Shown here: positions 25,166-35,304 of the stretch, piece by piece
Layout of the letters: every line of letters begins with the position of its first letter
How positions within the stretch are numbered: position 1 is the first letter of the stretch
Assembly (NCBI GenBank): GCA_964519955.1
Contig: CAZFLM010000014.1
Span: 40,673-104,672, forward strand
Origin: an uncultured Chthonomonadaceae bacterium
GTDB taxonomy: Bacteria > Armatimonadota > Chthonomonadetes > Chthonomonadales > CAJBBX01
Length of the DNA stretch: 64,000 nt
Direction of reading: 5' to 3'
Translations under genes and position numbers: made by a program
The notes under the pieces: model-generated
What the model was told of the DNA's origin: nothing
The model's input: only the letters and a program-made list of their open reading frames with translations
Database searches by the model: none

Positions 25166-26434
25166 ATGCTCGACGCCATCCAGGACAAGCTGCTGAAGTG
25201 CGTGCGCTGCGGGTTCTGCCAGGAAGCCTGCCCCACGTACCGCCTGACCGGAAACGAAGCCGCCTCGCCGCGCGGCCGCGTCTACCTGATGCGCCTCGTG
25301 GCCGAGGGCTCGATGGAGCTGAACCAGGACGTCCTGGCCACGATCGACTCGTGCCTCGGCTGCCGCGCTTGCGAGACCGCCTGCCCCTCCGCGGTGCCCT
25401 ACTCCTCGATCCTGGAGCACTTCCGCGAGCATATCGAGGGCAGCGGCGTGCGCAGCGTGCTCAACCGGACGGCGCGCGGCGGACTGATGGCCGCGCTGAC
25501 CAACCCGACGCTCTTCTCCGGCGCGATGGTGGCCAGCAAGCTCGGCGCGATGGTCGGCATCCCCGCCGACGCCATGCCCGGCCCGATCGCGTCCGTGCTG
25601 ACCGACGGCGCATCCAGCAAGGTCTCGCTGCCCGCCATGTCGAGCCGCACGACGCCCGGCAAGCTCCCGCCCGTGAGCCCGGCCATCGGCGAGCGCCGCG
25701 CCACGGTGGCCATTCTGCCGGGCTGCGTCATGCGCGTGCTCTACCACGAGACGAACCTGGCGACGGTGCGCGTGCTGCAGCGCAACGGCTGCGACGTGCT
25801 CGCCCCGCGCGACCTCGGGTGCTGCGGCGCGCTCCACGCCCATGCGGGGCAGCTCGAGACGGCGCGCAGCATGGCCCGGGCCGTCATCGACACGATGGAG
25901 AAGTACGAGTACGACGCGTTCGTGGTGAACTCGGCGGGCTGCGGCTCGACGCTGAAGGAGTACGGCGAGCTGCTGGCGGGCGACCGAGCGTACGCGGACC
26001 GGGCCAAGGCGTTCTCCGCGCGGGTGCGCGACGTGTCGGAGTACCTGATGGACCTGGGCCTGCGCGCGCCGGCAGGGCCGTGGGACGCGGTGGTCGCCTA
26101 CCACGACGCCTGCCACCTGGCCCACGCACAGGGCATCGTCTCGCCGCCGCGCCGGCTGCTGCAGTCGGTGCCGGGTCTGCAGCTCGCCCACCTGCCCGAG
26201 TCGGACACCTGCTGCGGCAGTGCCGGCATCTACAACCTGACTCAGCCTCGGATGGCCGGGCGCCTGCTGGAGCGCAAGGTCGACTTCATCGCGGGCACCG
26301 GCGCTTCGGTGCTGGCGACGGGCAACCCCGGCTGCATGGCGTGGATCAAGCGCGGGCTGGATCAGCGTGGGCTCGACATCCGCGTGATGCACCCGATCGA
26401 GATCCTCGACGCGGCATACGCCGTCTCCGGCTGA
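25166..26434 (+). CDS. glcF: (Fe-S)-binding protein, glycolate oxidase subunit GlcF-like
   Basis: I chose the start ATG at 25166 (MLDAIQDKLLKCVRCGFCQEACPTY). A second cluster, CLGCRACETACPS, and CCG domains follow. Confidence 0.8.
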   Translation: MLDAIQDKLLKCVRCGFCQEACPTYRLTGNEAASPRGRVYLMRLVAEGSMELNQDVLATIDSCLGCRACETACPSAVPYSSILEHFREHIEGSGVRSVLNRTARGGLMAALTNPTLFSGAMVASKLGAMVGIPADAMPGPIASVLTDGASSKVSLPAMSSRTTPGKLPPVSPAIGERRATVAILPGCVMRVLYHETNLATVRVLQRNGCDVLAPRDLGCCGALHAHAGQLETARSMARAVIDTMEKYEYDAFVVNSAGCGSTLKEYGELLAGDRAYADRAKAFSARVRDVSEYLMDLGLRAPAGPWDAVVAYHDACHLAHAQGIVSPPRRLLQSVPGLQLAHLPESDTCCGSAGIYNLTQPRMAGRLLERKVDFIAGTGASVLATGNPGCMAWIKRGLDQRGLDIRVMHPIEILDAAYAVSG

Positions 26435-26456
26435 TGCATCGCGCGGCACACACATC

Positions 26457-26489
26457 AACGCCTCCGGGGCTCGGGCCCGCGGAGGCGTT
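26457..26489 (+). terminator. Rho-independent terminator after glcF
   Basis: A 10-bp stem, AACGCCTCCG / CGGAGGCGTT, extended by GGGC/GCCC and followed by GTTCTAT. Confidence 0.6.
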
Positions 26490-26520
26490 GTTCTATAGGA
26501 TAAGGTTGAGAAGTGCTGGA

Positions 26521-27570
26521 CTAGACCTGTGCAACCACCGCCGTGCGGGTGCCCCCCGGGGCGCCTGAACACTCGAGCCTGCAGAACATATCGACCACCG
26601 CCGGGTCCCACTGCCTCCCGGCGCCTTCGTGAAGCCGGGCGATGCCTTCGGCGGCGGGCAGGGCCGGGCTGTACGTCCGCTCGTTGGTCATCGCGTCGTA
26701 TGCGTCGCAGACCGACAGGATGCGCGCCGAGAGCGGGATGGCGTCTCCGAGCAGCCCGTCGGGGTAGCCTGTCCCGTCCCACCGTTCGTGATGATGCCGG
26801 ATCGCCGCGACCACCAGCGGCGAGAGGGCGACCGGGTCCACGATGCGGGCCGACTCGGCCGGGTGCGAGCGGATCTGGTCGAACTCGTCGTGGTCGAGCT
26901 TGCCGGACTTCTCCAGGATGGTGCTGTCGACCGCGATCTTGCCGATGTCGTGCAGCAGGCCGGCCACGTACATGGCCTGCACGTCGTCCGGCCCCATGCC
27001 CATCGAGGTCGCCACATCGGCAGCCCGCAGGGCGACACGCTCGGAGTGCGCCCTCGTCTGCGGGTGCTTCGTATCGAGCACCATCGCCAGCGACGAGACG
27101 ACACCGTTGACCATGCCCTCGTAGCGCAGCGCCAGGTGCTCGAGGCGCTTCGTCTTGTACTGCTCGGCCTCGCGCTGACGGAGCGCTTCGATGCGCCGCT
27201 CGTGCGCGACCTCCATGCGGTCTCGCAGCTCGTCCATGGAGAACGGCTTGGTGAGGAAATCGCACGCGCCTGCTCGGAAGGCCCGCGTGACCATGCCGAC
27301 ATCGGCCGCGCCCGTGAGGAGGAGTACGAAGGTATCGGGGTAGTGCGCGCGCACTTGCTCGAGCAGGTCGAGGCCGGACATGCCCGGCATGCGCACATCG
27401 GAGAGCACAAACGCGCAGGGCCGCTTGGCCAGCTCGGCGAGCGCCTCGGGCCCATTGTGCGCAGCGTAGCACGTGAAGCGATCAGCCTCCAGCGCCGCGC
27501 AGAGAAGCTCAGTAATGACCGGCTCGTCGTCGACGACCACAACAGCGCGATCTTCGCTGCTTGCCATCAT
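26521..27570 (-). CDS. Response regulator with receiver domain fused to an HD-GYP phosphodiesterase domain
   Basis: 349 aa. REC motifs are VVVVDDEP and FVLSDVRMPGMSG. HD-GYP motifs are LLHDIGK and HHERWDGTGYPDGL. Confidence 0.85.
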   Translation of the reverse strand: MMASSEDRAVVVVDDEPVITELLCAALEADRFTCYAAHNGPEALAELAKRPCAFVLSDVRMPGMSGLDLLEQVRAHYPDTFVLLLTGAADVGMVTRAFRAGACDFLTKPFSMDELRDRMEVAHERRIEALRQREAEQYKTKRLEHLALRYEGMVNGVVSSLAMVLDTKHPQTRAHSERVALRAADVATSMGMGPDDVQAMYVAGLLHDIGKIAVDSTILEKSGKLDHDEFDQIRSHPAESARIVDPVALSPLVVAAIRHHHERWDGTGYPDGLLGDAIPLSARILSVCDAYDAMTNERTYSPALPAAEGIARLHEGAGRQWDPAVVDMFCRLECSGAPGGTRTAVVAQV

Positions 27571-27813
27571 GCCTCACCTCGGGGGGTACACGTACTACTC
27601 ACGGGGCATCCGGGCCATGTGGGTCGGCATCGTGACGGAGGAGACGGCTTGACCTTAATAGTGAACTATAGCACAACTACCGGCATCCCGCAAGGGTGGA
27701 TTCTGCCCCCTGCGCAGATCGCACCATTTTTGGTGGCACCCCTGCGGGCAGGCGCTCCGTAGCCATCCCGCCCTCCGATGGAGTAGAATAGGGCCTAGCA
27801 CCCGGAGGAACAG

Positions 27814-28257
27814 ATGGATATCGCAATCGGATCGGACCACGCCGGATTTCACCTGAAGAGCAGGCTCCGCGACCTGCTGCGAGCCGAAGGCCACAACGTC
27901 ATCGACGTCGGCGCCACGAGCACCGAGCCCAGCGACTACCCGGACTACGCCGAGAGCGTCGCCCGCACCGTCGCCGACGGCAAGGCGCAGCGCGGCATCA
28001 TGGTCTGCGGCACCGGAGCGGGTAGCTGCATGGCCGCCAACAAGGTCGACGGCGTCCGCGCCGCCATGGTGTTCGACCCCGTCACCGCCCGCCTGACGCG
28101 CGAGCATAACGACGCGAACGTGCTCTGCCTCGGCGAGCGCATCTCCGGAGTCGAGATGGTCGAGGAGATCGTGCGCGTCTTCATCGGCACGCCGTTCTCC
28201 GGTTCCGAGCGCCATATTCGCCGGATCGCCAAGATCGCCGCTATCGAGGCCGGCTAG
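27814..28257 (+). CDS. rpiB: Ribose-5-phosphate isomerase B
   Basis: 147 aa. Shows [15 protein letters not shown]...[17 protein letters not shown]. Confidence 0.88.
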   Translation: MDIAIGSDHAGFHLKSRLRDLLRAEGHNVIDVGATSTEPSDYPDYAESVARTVADGKAQRGIMVCGTGAGSCMAANKVDGVRAAMVFDPVTARLTREHNDANVLCLGERISGVEMVEEIVRVFIGTPFSGSERHIRRIAKIAAIEAG

Positions 28258-28384
28258 CCATCCGTTCGAGCGGGCGCGCCGGATGCGACGCCGGACGCCC
28301 GCTTCGCACCGCCAGCACAGCCAGACGCGGTACGCCCCCGCGGCACCACTGCGATGGGGCCTGCCGCCCACGAGGAGCGCCCCA

Positions 28385-29644
28385 TTGACCACGCCTAGAA
28401 CCGCGCCGCTCATCGATGCCGACCCGCAGATCGCCCAGGCCATACGCGACGAACAGGAGCGGCTTGAGCACAACATCGAGTTGATCGCCTCCGAGAACGT
28501 CGTCTCCCGGGCCGTGCTCGAGGCGATGGGCTCCGTGCTCACCAACAAGTACGCCGAGGGCTACCCGCGCAAGCGGTACTACGGCGGCTGCGAGAACATG
28601 GACGTCGTGGAGGACCTCGCTCGCGACCGCGCGAAGAAGCTCTTCGGCGCCGGGCACGCGAACGTGCAGCCGCACTCCGGCGCGCAGGCCAACCAGGCGA
28701 TCTATAGCATTACGCTGCAGCCGGGCGACACGTTCCTGGCGATGAGCCTCTCCGAAGGCGGCCACCTCACCCACGGCTCGCCCGTCAACTTCTCCGGCAC
28801 GCTGTACAAGCCCGTCCACTACGGTGTCGATCCCGACACGGGCCTGATCGACTACGACGCCGTGCAGCAGTTGGCCGACGAGCACAAGCCGAAGCTCATC
28901 GTCGCGGGCGCGAGCTGCTACGCGCGGGTGATCGACTTCGCGCGATTCCGGGCCATCGCCGACAGCGTGGGCGCGAAGCTGATGGTCGACATGGCCCACA
29001 TCGCCGGGCTCGTCGCCACGGGCGAGCACCCCTCCCCCGTACCCATCGCCGACTACACCACGACCACGACGCACAAGACCCTGCGGGGCCCGCGCGGCGG
29101 CCTTATCCTGACCAGCGAGGGGAACGGCCCGGCCATCGACAAGGCGGTCTTCCCCGGCATGCAGGGCGGCCCGCTGATGCATGTCATCGCCGCGAAGGCG
29201 GTGTGCTTCGCCGAGGCGCTGCAGCCCTCCTTCGCCGACTACCAGGCGCAGATCCGCCGCAACGCCGCAGCCCTGGCAGCCGCCCTCCTCGACCTGGGCT
29301 GGCGCCTCGTCTCCGGCGGCACGGACAACCACCTGGTCTGGTGCGACATGCGGCCGAAGGGCATCACCGGGCGCAAGTCTGAGACCACGCTCGACAAGGC
29401 GGGCATCACGGTGAACCGCAACATGATCCCCGGCGACCCGGAGAAGCCCTGGGTTGCCAGCGGCATCCGCCTCGGTACGCCGGCGGTCACCACGCGTGGC
29501 TTCAAGGAGGCCGAGATGCGCACCGTCGCCGAGCTGCTCGACCGGGCGGTGACCCAGGCCGACGACGCAGCCGCCATCGAGGCAGTGCGCGCCGACGTCC
29601 GCGCGCTGACCGCGCGCTTCCCGCTCGACGCCGGGCTGCTGTAG
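28385..29644 (+). CDS. glyA: Serine hydroxymethyltransferase
   Basis: I chose the start TTG at 28385 (GAGGAG RBS 7 nt upstream); the track ORF starts 34 codons earlier. Shows [30 protein letters not shown] and [14 protein letters not shown]. Confidence 0.92.
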   Translation: MTTPRTAPLIDADPQIAQAIRDEQERLEHNIELIASENVVSRAVLEAMGSVLTNKYAEGYPRKRYYGGCENMDVVEDLARDRAKKLFGAGHANVQPHSGAQANQAIYSITLQPGDTFLAMSLSEGGHLTHGSPVNFSGTLYKPVHYGVDPDTGLIDYDAVQQLADEHKPKLIVAGASCYARVIDFARFRAIADSVGAKLMVDMAHIAGLVATGEHPSPVPIADYTTTTTHKTLRGPRGGLILTSEGNGPAIDKAVFPGMQGGPLMHVIAAKAVCFAEALQPSFADYQAQIRRNAAALAAALLDLGWRLVSGGTDNHLVWCDMRPKGITGRKSETTLDKAGITVNRNMIPGDPEKPWVASGIRLGTPAVTTRGFKEAEMRTVAELLDRAVTQADDAAAIEAVRADVRALTARFPLDAGLL

Positions 29645-29657
29645 GGAGCCGGGCGGC

Positions 29658-30917
29658 ATGACGCAGCGCGAGCGGTTCCTCGCCGTCGTGCGAGGCGAAC
29701 GACCCGATCGCATGCCCTTCCACTTCGGCGGGCCGCGCGCGTCCACGTTCGCCGCCTGGCGGAAGCAGGGGCTCTCCGACGAGCAGGCCTCCCGCTGGGG
29801 CGAGTTCATCGGCGGCGACGGCATGACGGGGCTCGGCAAGTTCGACTGCGGGCCGCTGCCGCGCTTCGAGGAGCGCATCATCGAGGAGCGCGGCAACGTT
29901 CGCATCTGGCAGGACCACTGGGGCGTGAGGCGCCTCGACGCGGTCCACCAGCCGACGCCCGGCTTCGCGACGCGGCAGTACCTGGAGTTCCCGGTGCGCG
30001 ACGCCGCCACGTTCGCCGCCATGCGCGAGCGGTTCGACCCGCGCACGCCGGAGCGCACCACGCCGGTGTCGGGCGAGAACGAGCGCGAGACGTGCAACCC
30101 GGACGGCTACCGCGTCTACCAGTCGACGGTGTGCTGGCGCGACCGCGTGGAGGCGTGCAACGCGTCGGAGGCGCCGGTGGCGCTGAGCTTCCCCGGGCTC
30201 TGGTGGACGGCGCGCGACTGGTGCGGCTTCGAGGGGCTCTGCGCGCTCTGCGCCGACAACCCGACGCTCGTCGCGGAGATGATGGAGTTCTGGACCGACT
30301 TCCTGCTCGCCCTGCTGGACGAGCCGCTGCGGGCAGTCCACGTGGACTACGTGGTCATCAACGAGGACATGGCGTACAAGCACGCGGCGATGCTCTCGCC
30401 CGCCATGATGCGCCGGTACATGCTGCCGAACTACCGCAGACTCTACGCGCGGCTGAAGGAGCGCGGCGTGGCCTGCGTGGCCATGGACTCGGACGGGCAC
30501 AACAGCCAGATACTGGATGTGTTCTACCCGGACGCCATCGACGGCATCGAGCCGATGGAGATCGCGGCGAACAACGACCCGGAGCGCTACCTCGCCGAGC
30601 ACCCCGACGTGTTCATCTCCGGCGGCATCGACAAGCGCGAGCTGACGCGGGACAAGGCCGCGGTGCGCGCCGAGGTGACGAAACGCTACGCGACAGCCCG
30701 TCGGTTCCCGCGCTACATCCCGACGGTCGACCACGGCGTGCCGCCGGACGTGCCGCTGCGCAACTTCCTCTACCTGGTCGAGCTGATCAAGGGGTTCGCG
30801 CAGGGAGAGGACCTGGACCGCTACGAGCCGCCGTGCGTGCTGGAGCAGCATCTCGGGCCGATCGAGGAGATGTTCGACCCGATGCGAGCGATCGAACAGG
30901 CCATGCCGATCGTCTAG
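29658..30917 (+). CDS. Uroporphyrinogen-decarboxylase (URO-D) superfamily protein of unknown specificity
   Basis: 419 aa. The [21 protein letters not shown]... N-terminus and overall layout resemble the URO-D-like family. The assignment is from memory of the family, not from a search. Confidence 0.5.
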   Translation: MTQRERFLAVVRGERPDRMPFHFGGPRASTFAAWRKQGLSDEQASRWGEFIGGDGMTGLGKFDCGPLPRFEERIIEERGNVRIWQDHWGVRRLDAVHQPTPGFATRQYLEFPVRDAATFAAMRERFDPRTPERTTPVSGENERETCNPDGYRVYQSTVCWRDRVEACNASEAPVALSFPGLWWTARDWCGFEGLCALCADNPTLVAEMMEFWTDFLLALLDEPLRAVHVDYVVINEDMAYKHAAMLSPAMMRRYMLPNYRRLYARLKERGVACVAMDSDGHNSQILDVFYPDAIDGIEPMEIAANNDPERYLAEHPDVFISGGIDKRELTRDKAAVRAEVTKRYATARRFPRYIPTVDHGVPPDVPLRNFLYLVELIKGFAQGEDLDRYEPPCVLEQHLGPIEEMFDPMRAIEQAMPIV

Positions 30918-30963
30918 CATCTTGGGGCCCGAGCCACCAAGACCCTAACGGAGAACGATACCC

Positions 30964-31422
30964 TTGTCGAACAGCCGACCATCCTGGGACGAGTACTTCA
31001 TGCAGATTGCGCGGGACGTCTCGACTCGCGCCACGTGCGAGCGCCGGCTCGTGGGCGCCGTCGTCGTCCTCGAGAAGCGCATCCTGACGACCGGCTACAA
31101 CGGCGCGCCGCACGGTCTGCCGCACTGCACCGAGGTCGGCTGCAAGATCCAGGACGGCCACTGCATCCGCACGCTGCACGCGGAGCAGAACGCCATCGTC
31201 CAGGGCGCCCTGAACGGCATCACGCTGCGCGGGTCCACCCTCTACGTCACGTGCCAGCCCTGCAACAACTGCGCGAAGATGATCATCAACGCGGGCATCG
31301 TCCGCGTGGTGTTCGACGGCGACTACCCCGACGAGTTCGCGATGGAGCTGTTCGAGCAGGCCGGCACCGAGCTGATCCGGCTGCGCAGCGGCGGCGACGG
31401 GGCTGTGGAGCGCATTCGATGA
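30964..31422 (+). CDS. dCMP deaminase (cytidine/deoxycytidylate deaminase family)
   Basis: 152 aa with a TTG start and a GGAGAA RBS. Shows SWDEYFMQIA, HAEQNAI and CQPCNNCAKMII zinc motifs. Confidence 0.85.
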   Translation: MSNSRPSWDEYFMQIARDVSTRATCERRLVGAVVVLEKRILTTGYNGAPHGLPHCTEVGCKIQDGHCIRTLHAEQNAIVQGALNGITLRGSTLYVTCQPCNNCAKMIINAGIVRVVFDGDYPDEFAMELFEQAGTELIRLRSGGDGAVERIR

Positions 31423-32429
31423 TCGGCATGACGGTCGCCTTCGTGGTCGCGCTCACCCTCACGTGGTGGCTGACCCCGAGCGTCCTTTGCCTGGCCAAGC
31501 GCCACGGGGCGATGGCCGTGCCCCGCAGCCGCGACGTCCACGAGACCCCGACGCCGCGATGGGGCGGCATCGCGATCTACGCGGGCGTTGTGACAGCCAT
31601 CGTCCTGACGGTCACCTGGCGGCACTTCTACCCCAACGTATCGGACGCCAACGGCTGGACGTGGCGCCTGCTGGGCGTGCTTCTGGCGGCGACGTTCATC
31701 GCGGCGGTGGGCATGGTCGACGACGTGAAGGATCTGCGCGCCATCTACCAGGCGGCAGCCATCCTCGCGGCGGGCGGCATCCTGCTCGCGTTCGGCGTGC
31801 GCATCGAGGGCATGACGAACCCGTTCATCGCCACGTCGAACGCGGTGTACAACCCGGCCCGCTGGATCCCCTTCGCGCCGGCCCTGAGCATCGTGGGCAC
31901 GCTGTTCTGGGTCTTCCTCGTCACGAAGACCGTCGACGCGATCGACGGCCTCGATGGGCTGGCTGCGGGCGTGTGCGCCATCTCGTCGGGCACGCTGGCG
32001 CTGATGGCGGCTGCCTCGCACCAGCCGGAGGGCCCGACCATCGCGCTCATGGCCTCCTCCGTGGCAGGCGGGTGCATCGGGTTCCTGCGGCACAACCGCT
32101 ACCCGGCGCGCATCTTCATGAGCACGGTCGGGGCGCAGTTCCTGGGGCTGATGCTCGCCGCGATGTCGATCATGGGCACGTTCAAGATCGCCGCGGCCAT
32201 CTCGGTGCTCGTTCCGGTGCTCGTGCTCGGCGTACCCATCTTCGACTACTTCGTGGTGCTGGCCAAGCGGCTGGCGTGCCGGGCGCCGCTCACTGCGGCC
32301 GATCGCCGCCACTTCCACCACCGCCTGATGGACCGCGGCCTGAGCCAGAGCCAGGCGGTGTGGGTGATTTACGCCTGCACCGCGGCGCTCTGCACGGTCG
32401 CGTTTCTGATATTCCGGGCGATGCACTAG
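31419..32429 (+). CDS. Glycosyltransferase family 4 polyprenyl-phosphate sugar-1-phosphate transferase (WecA/TagO/MraY-like)
   Basis: The start ATG 31419 overlaps the upstream stop (ATGA). Multi-TM protein with VDDVKDL and DAIDGLDGLAAG motifs. Confidence 0.8.
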   Translation: MIGMTVAFVVALTLTWWLTPSVLCLAKRHGAMAVPRSRDVHETPTPRWGGIAIYAGVVTAIVLTVTWRHFYPNVSDANGWTWRLLGVLLAATFIAAVGMVDDVKDLRAIYQAAAILAAGGILLAFGVRIEGMTNPFIATSNAVYNPARWIPFAPALSIVGTLFWVFLVTKTVDAIDGLDGLAAGVCAISSGTLALMAAASHQPEGPTIALMASSVAGGCIGFLRHNRYPARIFMSTVGAQFLGLMLAAMSIMGTFKIAAAISVLVPVLVLGVPIFDYFVVLAKRLACRAPLTAADRRHFHHRLMDRGLSQSQAVWVIYACTAALCTVAFLIFRAMH

Positions 32430-32550
32430 AAGCCGAACGCCCGTCCGGCACGTAGTGCTGGTAACCGCCCGCCCCGCGCCGCGGATCGAGGCGGACCGAT
32501 CGCGGCCACGGCCCAGGCCGTCACGCGCGCCCTTGCCCCGGAGGATATGC

Positions 32551-33879
32551 ATGTCGACGGACACGCCGCCCAAGCCCCCCTACTGGTCCCGAGAGATCAT
32601 CCTGAGCATGCTGCCCGAGGCCATACGCATCTGGCTCTCGGAGTCGCTGCGCTTCTCGGTGCGAGTGGGCCTGGTGGTGGCTTCCATCGCCGGTTCAGCG
32701 TACGCGCTCGGGCGCCTGCGTTCGGTGCTCGCGACGCTCCTTGTGTCGGCCGTTTTCGCGTACATCATGCGCCCGATGGCCGCGTGGCTCTGCCGCCGCA
32801 AAGGCATGCGCGATGTCCACGACGCGATCGCCTCCGTCTTCAGCGGCATGGCCGCGGCGGTGAAGGCCTGCCTGGTCTACCCCATCGTCCGCCTGGTGCG
32901 CAGAGGGTGGACGCCTCCGGCGAGGCCGGCGGGCCCGGTGCGCGTGTCCGCCTACACGCACCGCGTGCTGGCCACGTTCTACGTGCTGGTGCTCGTGTTC
33001 GTGGCGGGCTACTACTCGGTACGGTGGACGGTGAACCCGTTCGTACAGGAGATCAAGCAAGTCGCAGACAACTGGGGCACGCGCAACGACGCGGATCTGA
33101 GGCTGAAGGCGACGCAGGGCGCGAAGGACTTCACGGACTGGTACGAAGCTCACGTCAGCCAGGATGTGCGTGACCAGATCGACGCGCAGCTCAAGCAACA
33201 GCAGGCGGACGACACGCTGCCGCGGCGCGTGGCCACCTGGGCAAGCGGCCTCGTCGGCCAACTCGGTCCTATCAGCCGGTACATCGTCGAGATCGTGCTC
33301 TTCCCGGTGCTCGCGTTCTACTTCGCGCTCGACAGCCGCAAGATCAAGCACGAGTTCGTGGGGACGCTGTCGCGCCGGCGCCGCCGCGAAGCGATGCGCA
33401 TCATCCACGAGTTCAACGGGATCATGTACAGCTTCGTGGTGGGCCAGGCCATCCTGTGCGCCATCGCGGGCGTGGTGGTCGGCGTCGGGCTTGCCGCGCT
33501 CGGCGTCAAGTACTCCCTGACGCTCGGCCTGCTGGCGGGCTTCACGCGGGCCATTCCGATCGTGGGCCCGATCATCGGCGGCATCCCGATCATCGCGCTG
33601 GTGCTCGCCACGAAGGGTCTCGGCGTCGCGCTGGCGGTGCTGGGGTTCTTCACGTTCCTGCACTTCGCCGAGAGCAAGTTCCTCATGCCCTACCTGATCG
33701 GCGACCGCATGAACCTGCACCCGGTCGTGGTGATCGTGGTCCTGCTGATCGGCGAGGAGTTCGGGGGCCTGCTGGGTATGTTCTTCGCTCCGCCGGTGGC
33801 CGCGCTGATCCGCGTGCTGGTGCGCCGCTACTGGCTGCGTGCGCCGCGCGAGTTCGGCGGCCACGGGCACGGGCACTAG
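32551..33879 (+). CDS. AI-2E family transporter (PerM/UPF0118)
   Basis: I chose the start ATG at 32551 (GGAGGA RBS). Shows FVVGQAILCAIAGVVVGVGL...IPIVGPIIGGIPIIAL. Confidence 0.75.
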   Translation: MSTDTPPKPPYWSREIILSMLPEAIRIWLSESLRFSVRVGLVVASIAGSAYALGRLRSVLATLLVSAVFAYIMRPMAAWLCRRKGMRDVHDAIASVFSGMAAAVKACLVYPIVRLVRRGWTPPARPAGPVRVSAYTHRVLATFYVLVLVFVAGYYSVRWTVNPFVQEIKQVADNWGTRNDADLRLKATQGAKDFTDWYEAHVSQDVRDQIDAQLKQQQADDTLPRRVATWASGLVGQLGPISRYIVEIVLFPVLAFYFALDSRKIKHEFVGTLSRRRRREAMRIIHEFNGIMYSFVVGQAILCAIAGVVVGVGLAALGVKYSLTLGLLAGFTRAIPIVGPIIGGIPIIALVLATKGLGVALAVLGFFTFLHFAESKFLMPYLIGDRMNLHPVVVIVVLLIGEEFGGLLGMFFAPPVAALIRVLVRRYWLRAPREFGGHGHGH

Positions 33880-33901
33880 CGGCGGCGGCACCGCAGATGC
33901 C

Positions 33902-33937
33902 GGAGGGGCGGCCGCGCAGCGCGCGTGCCGCCCCTCC
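33902..33937. terminator. Bidirectional hairpin terminator between convergent genes
   Basis: A perfect 11-bp stem, GGAGGGGCGGC / GCCGCCCCTCC, with a self-complementary CG-rich loop region. Confidence 0.6.
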
Positions 33938-33960
33938 TCTCATTGAGCCGTCTGCCAGCT

Positions 33961-34776
33961 CTAGTTGGCGGGAGGAGCCCCACCGCGTCCGCCGCCGCCG
34001 GGTCCACCGGGGCCACCGGCGCCGCCGCGGCGCCCGCCGCCGAAGCCACCCATGCCCATGTTCTCCGGGAACTTGAACGGCGTGCCCTGCATCTCCTTGA
34101 ACTTCTTCTGCTGCTCGGCCGTCAGGACCGCCAGCACCTTCGCGTCGGTCGCCTTCTGGAACTCCTGCATCTTCTTGCGGGACTCCTGGCGCTCGGCGTC
34201 GGTCATGTTCTGCATCGCCTGGAACCCGCCCTGCGGCATCATGCCTTGGGCCTCCTGCATGCGTGCCCGCTGGACCTCACGGATCTGCTTGGTCTGCTCG
34301 TCCGTGATCTTCAGGGCGTCGACCACATCCTTGCGGCTGAGAGCCTGGGTACCGGCCTGCTGCAGCTCGAGTTCCTTGTACCGTTTGATCTGTGTGCTGT
34401 CCAGGATATCGGCGACTGCCTTGTCCTGGATCTCCTGCATCTTGGCCCGCATCTTCTGCATCTCGGCCGGGTCGGGCTGCTGGCCCTGCTGCCCCTGGAA
34501 GCTCTGCATGAGTTCCTGGCGCGCCTTCTGGACCTCTTGCTGCTTCGGCTCGACCTTGGCGATCTGCGGGTCCGTCATCTTCAGCTCGGCCTGAACCTCC
34601 TTGCTACGCAGCATGGAGAGCCCGCCGCCGCGCATCCCCATCATTCCGCCCTGTCCGCGCCGGCCACCACCCGCGCCACCGGGACCACCAGGACCGCCCG
34701 GCCCCTGCGCGGTGGCGGCGAGCGCAGAACCCACCAGCAGCGCAGTCGCACACGCCGCCAACAGTGTTCGCTTCAT
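33961..34776 (-). CDS. Secreted LTXXQ-repeat protein (Spy/CpxP-like periplasmic family) with Gly/Arg-rich termini
   Basis: I chose the start ATG at 34776 (GGGAGGAAG RBS; signal peptide MKRTLLAACATALLVGSALAATAQG). Four LTXXQ-like motifs are present: LKMTDPQ, ILDSTQ, LKITDEQ, VLTAEQ. Confidence 0.65.
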   Translation of the reverse strand: MKRTLLAACATALLVGSALAATAQGPGGPGGPGGAGGGRRGQGGMMGMRGGGLSMLRSKEVQAELKMTDPQIAKVEPKQQEVQKARQELMQSFQGQQGQQPDPAEMQKMRAKMQEIQDKAVADILDSTQIKRYKELELQQAGTQALSRKDVVDALKITDEQTKQIREVQRARMQEAQGMMPQGGFQAMQNMTDAERQESRKKMQEFQKATDAKVLAVLTAEQQKKFKEMQGTPFKFPENMGMGGFGGGRRGGAGGPGGPGGGGRGGAPPAN

Positions 34777-34989
34777 TGGTCTTCCTCCCTGATGCTCGAT
34801 GCCCGGGTCGCGCAGGCAGGTCGCTCGGCTTCGCGACGTGCGCGGCGGCGAACGGCCCATGGAAGGCGGACCGCGCGCATTCACGGACGAGTGGCGACCC
34901 CGGATTTCGGCACTATCGCAGATATGACCCGCTCGCCAGGCACGCGGTAACACGCCCGGCCCTGTGAAGGATGCAGCAGGAACACGAAA

Positions 34990-35027
34990 GAGAGCGCGCC
35001 CCGCCGCGTATCGCGAGGCGCGCTCTC
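34990..35027 (-). terminator. Rho-independent terminator after the pilin-like/small-TM module
   Basis: An 11-bp stem, GAGAGCGCGCC / GGCGCGCTCTC. On the minus strand it is followed by CTTTCGTGTT. Confidence 0.6.
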
Positions 35028-35045
35028 ATGCCGACCATGCGGCGC

Positions 35046-35258
35046 TTACGGCTTGGCGCCGGGGGTGGCGTCCACCGGCAGACGCCGGCGTCCCACGTTG
35101 CCCTTCCGCAGCTCGTCCTGGAAGTTGTACATCCCCGGCCGCACCGCGATGTCCTTGTCGACCGTCGGCGGCGCCGACCTGCCCACCAGCTTCCAGCCCG
35201 CGACGCACACCACGACGAGCAGCACGATCACGATGGCGGCAGGCGCCCACTTAGGCAT
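35046..35258 (-). CDS. Small single-pass membrane protein (module partner of the prepilin-like gene)
   Basis: I chose the start ATG at 35258 (MPKWAPAAIVIVLLVVVCVAGWKLV...; GGGAGGAGG about 10 nt upstream). The layout is paralogous to the ORF at 36282-36500. Confidence 0.45.
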   Translation of the reverse strand: MPKWAPAAIVIVLLVVVCVAGWKLVGRSAPPTVDKDIAVRPGMYNFQDELRKGNVGRRRLPVDATPGAKP

Positions 35259-35304
35259 GTCCGCCACACCTCCTCCCTAGCCGCACTGCGCGGCAGCAGC
35301 GCAG

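Noticed and set aside
27734-27750. A TGGCAC hexamer upstream of rpiB.
   Set aside because: There is no GC element at the required -12 spacing.
25097-30920. Long minus-strand ORFs at 25097-27472, 28241-30097 and 29502-30920.
   Set aside because: They are antisense to glcF, glyA and the URO-D-like gene, and the translations are low-complexity Arg/Ala/Gly-rich.
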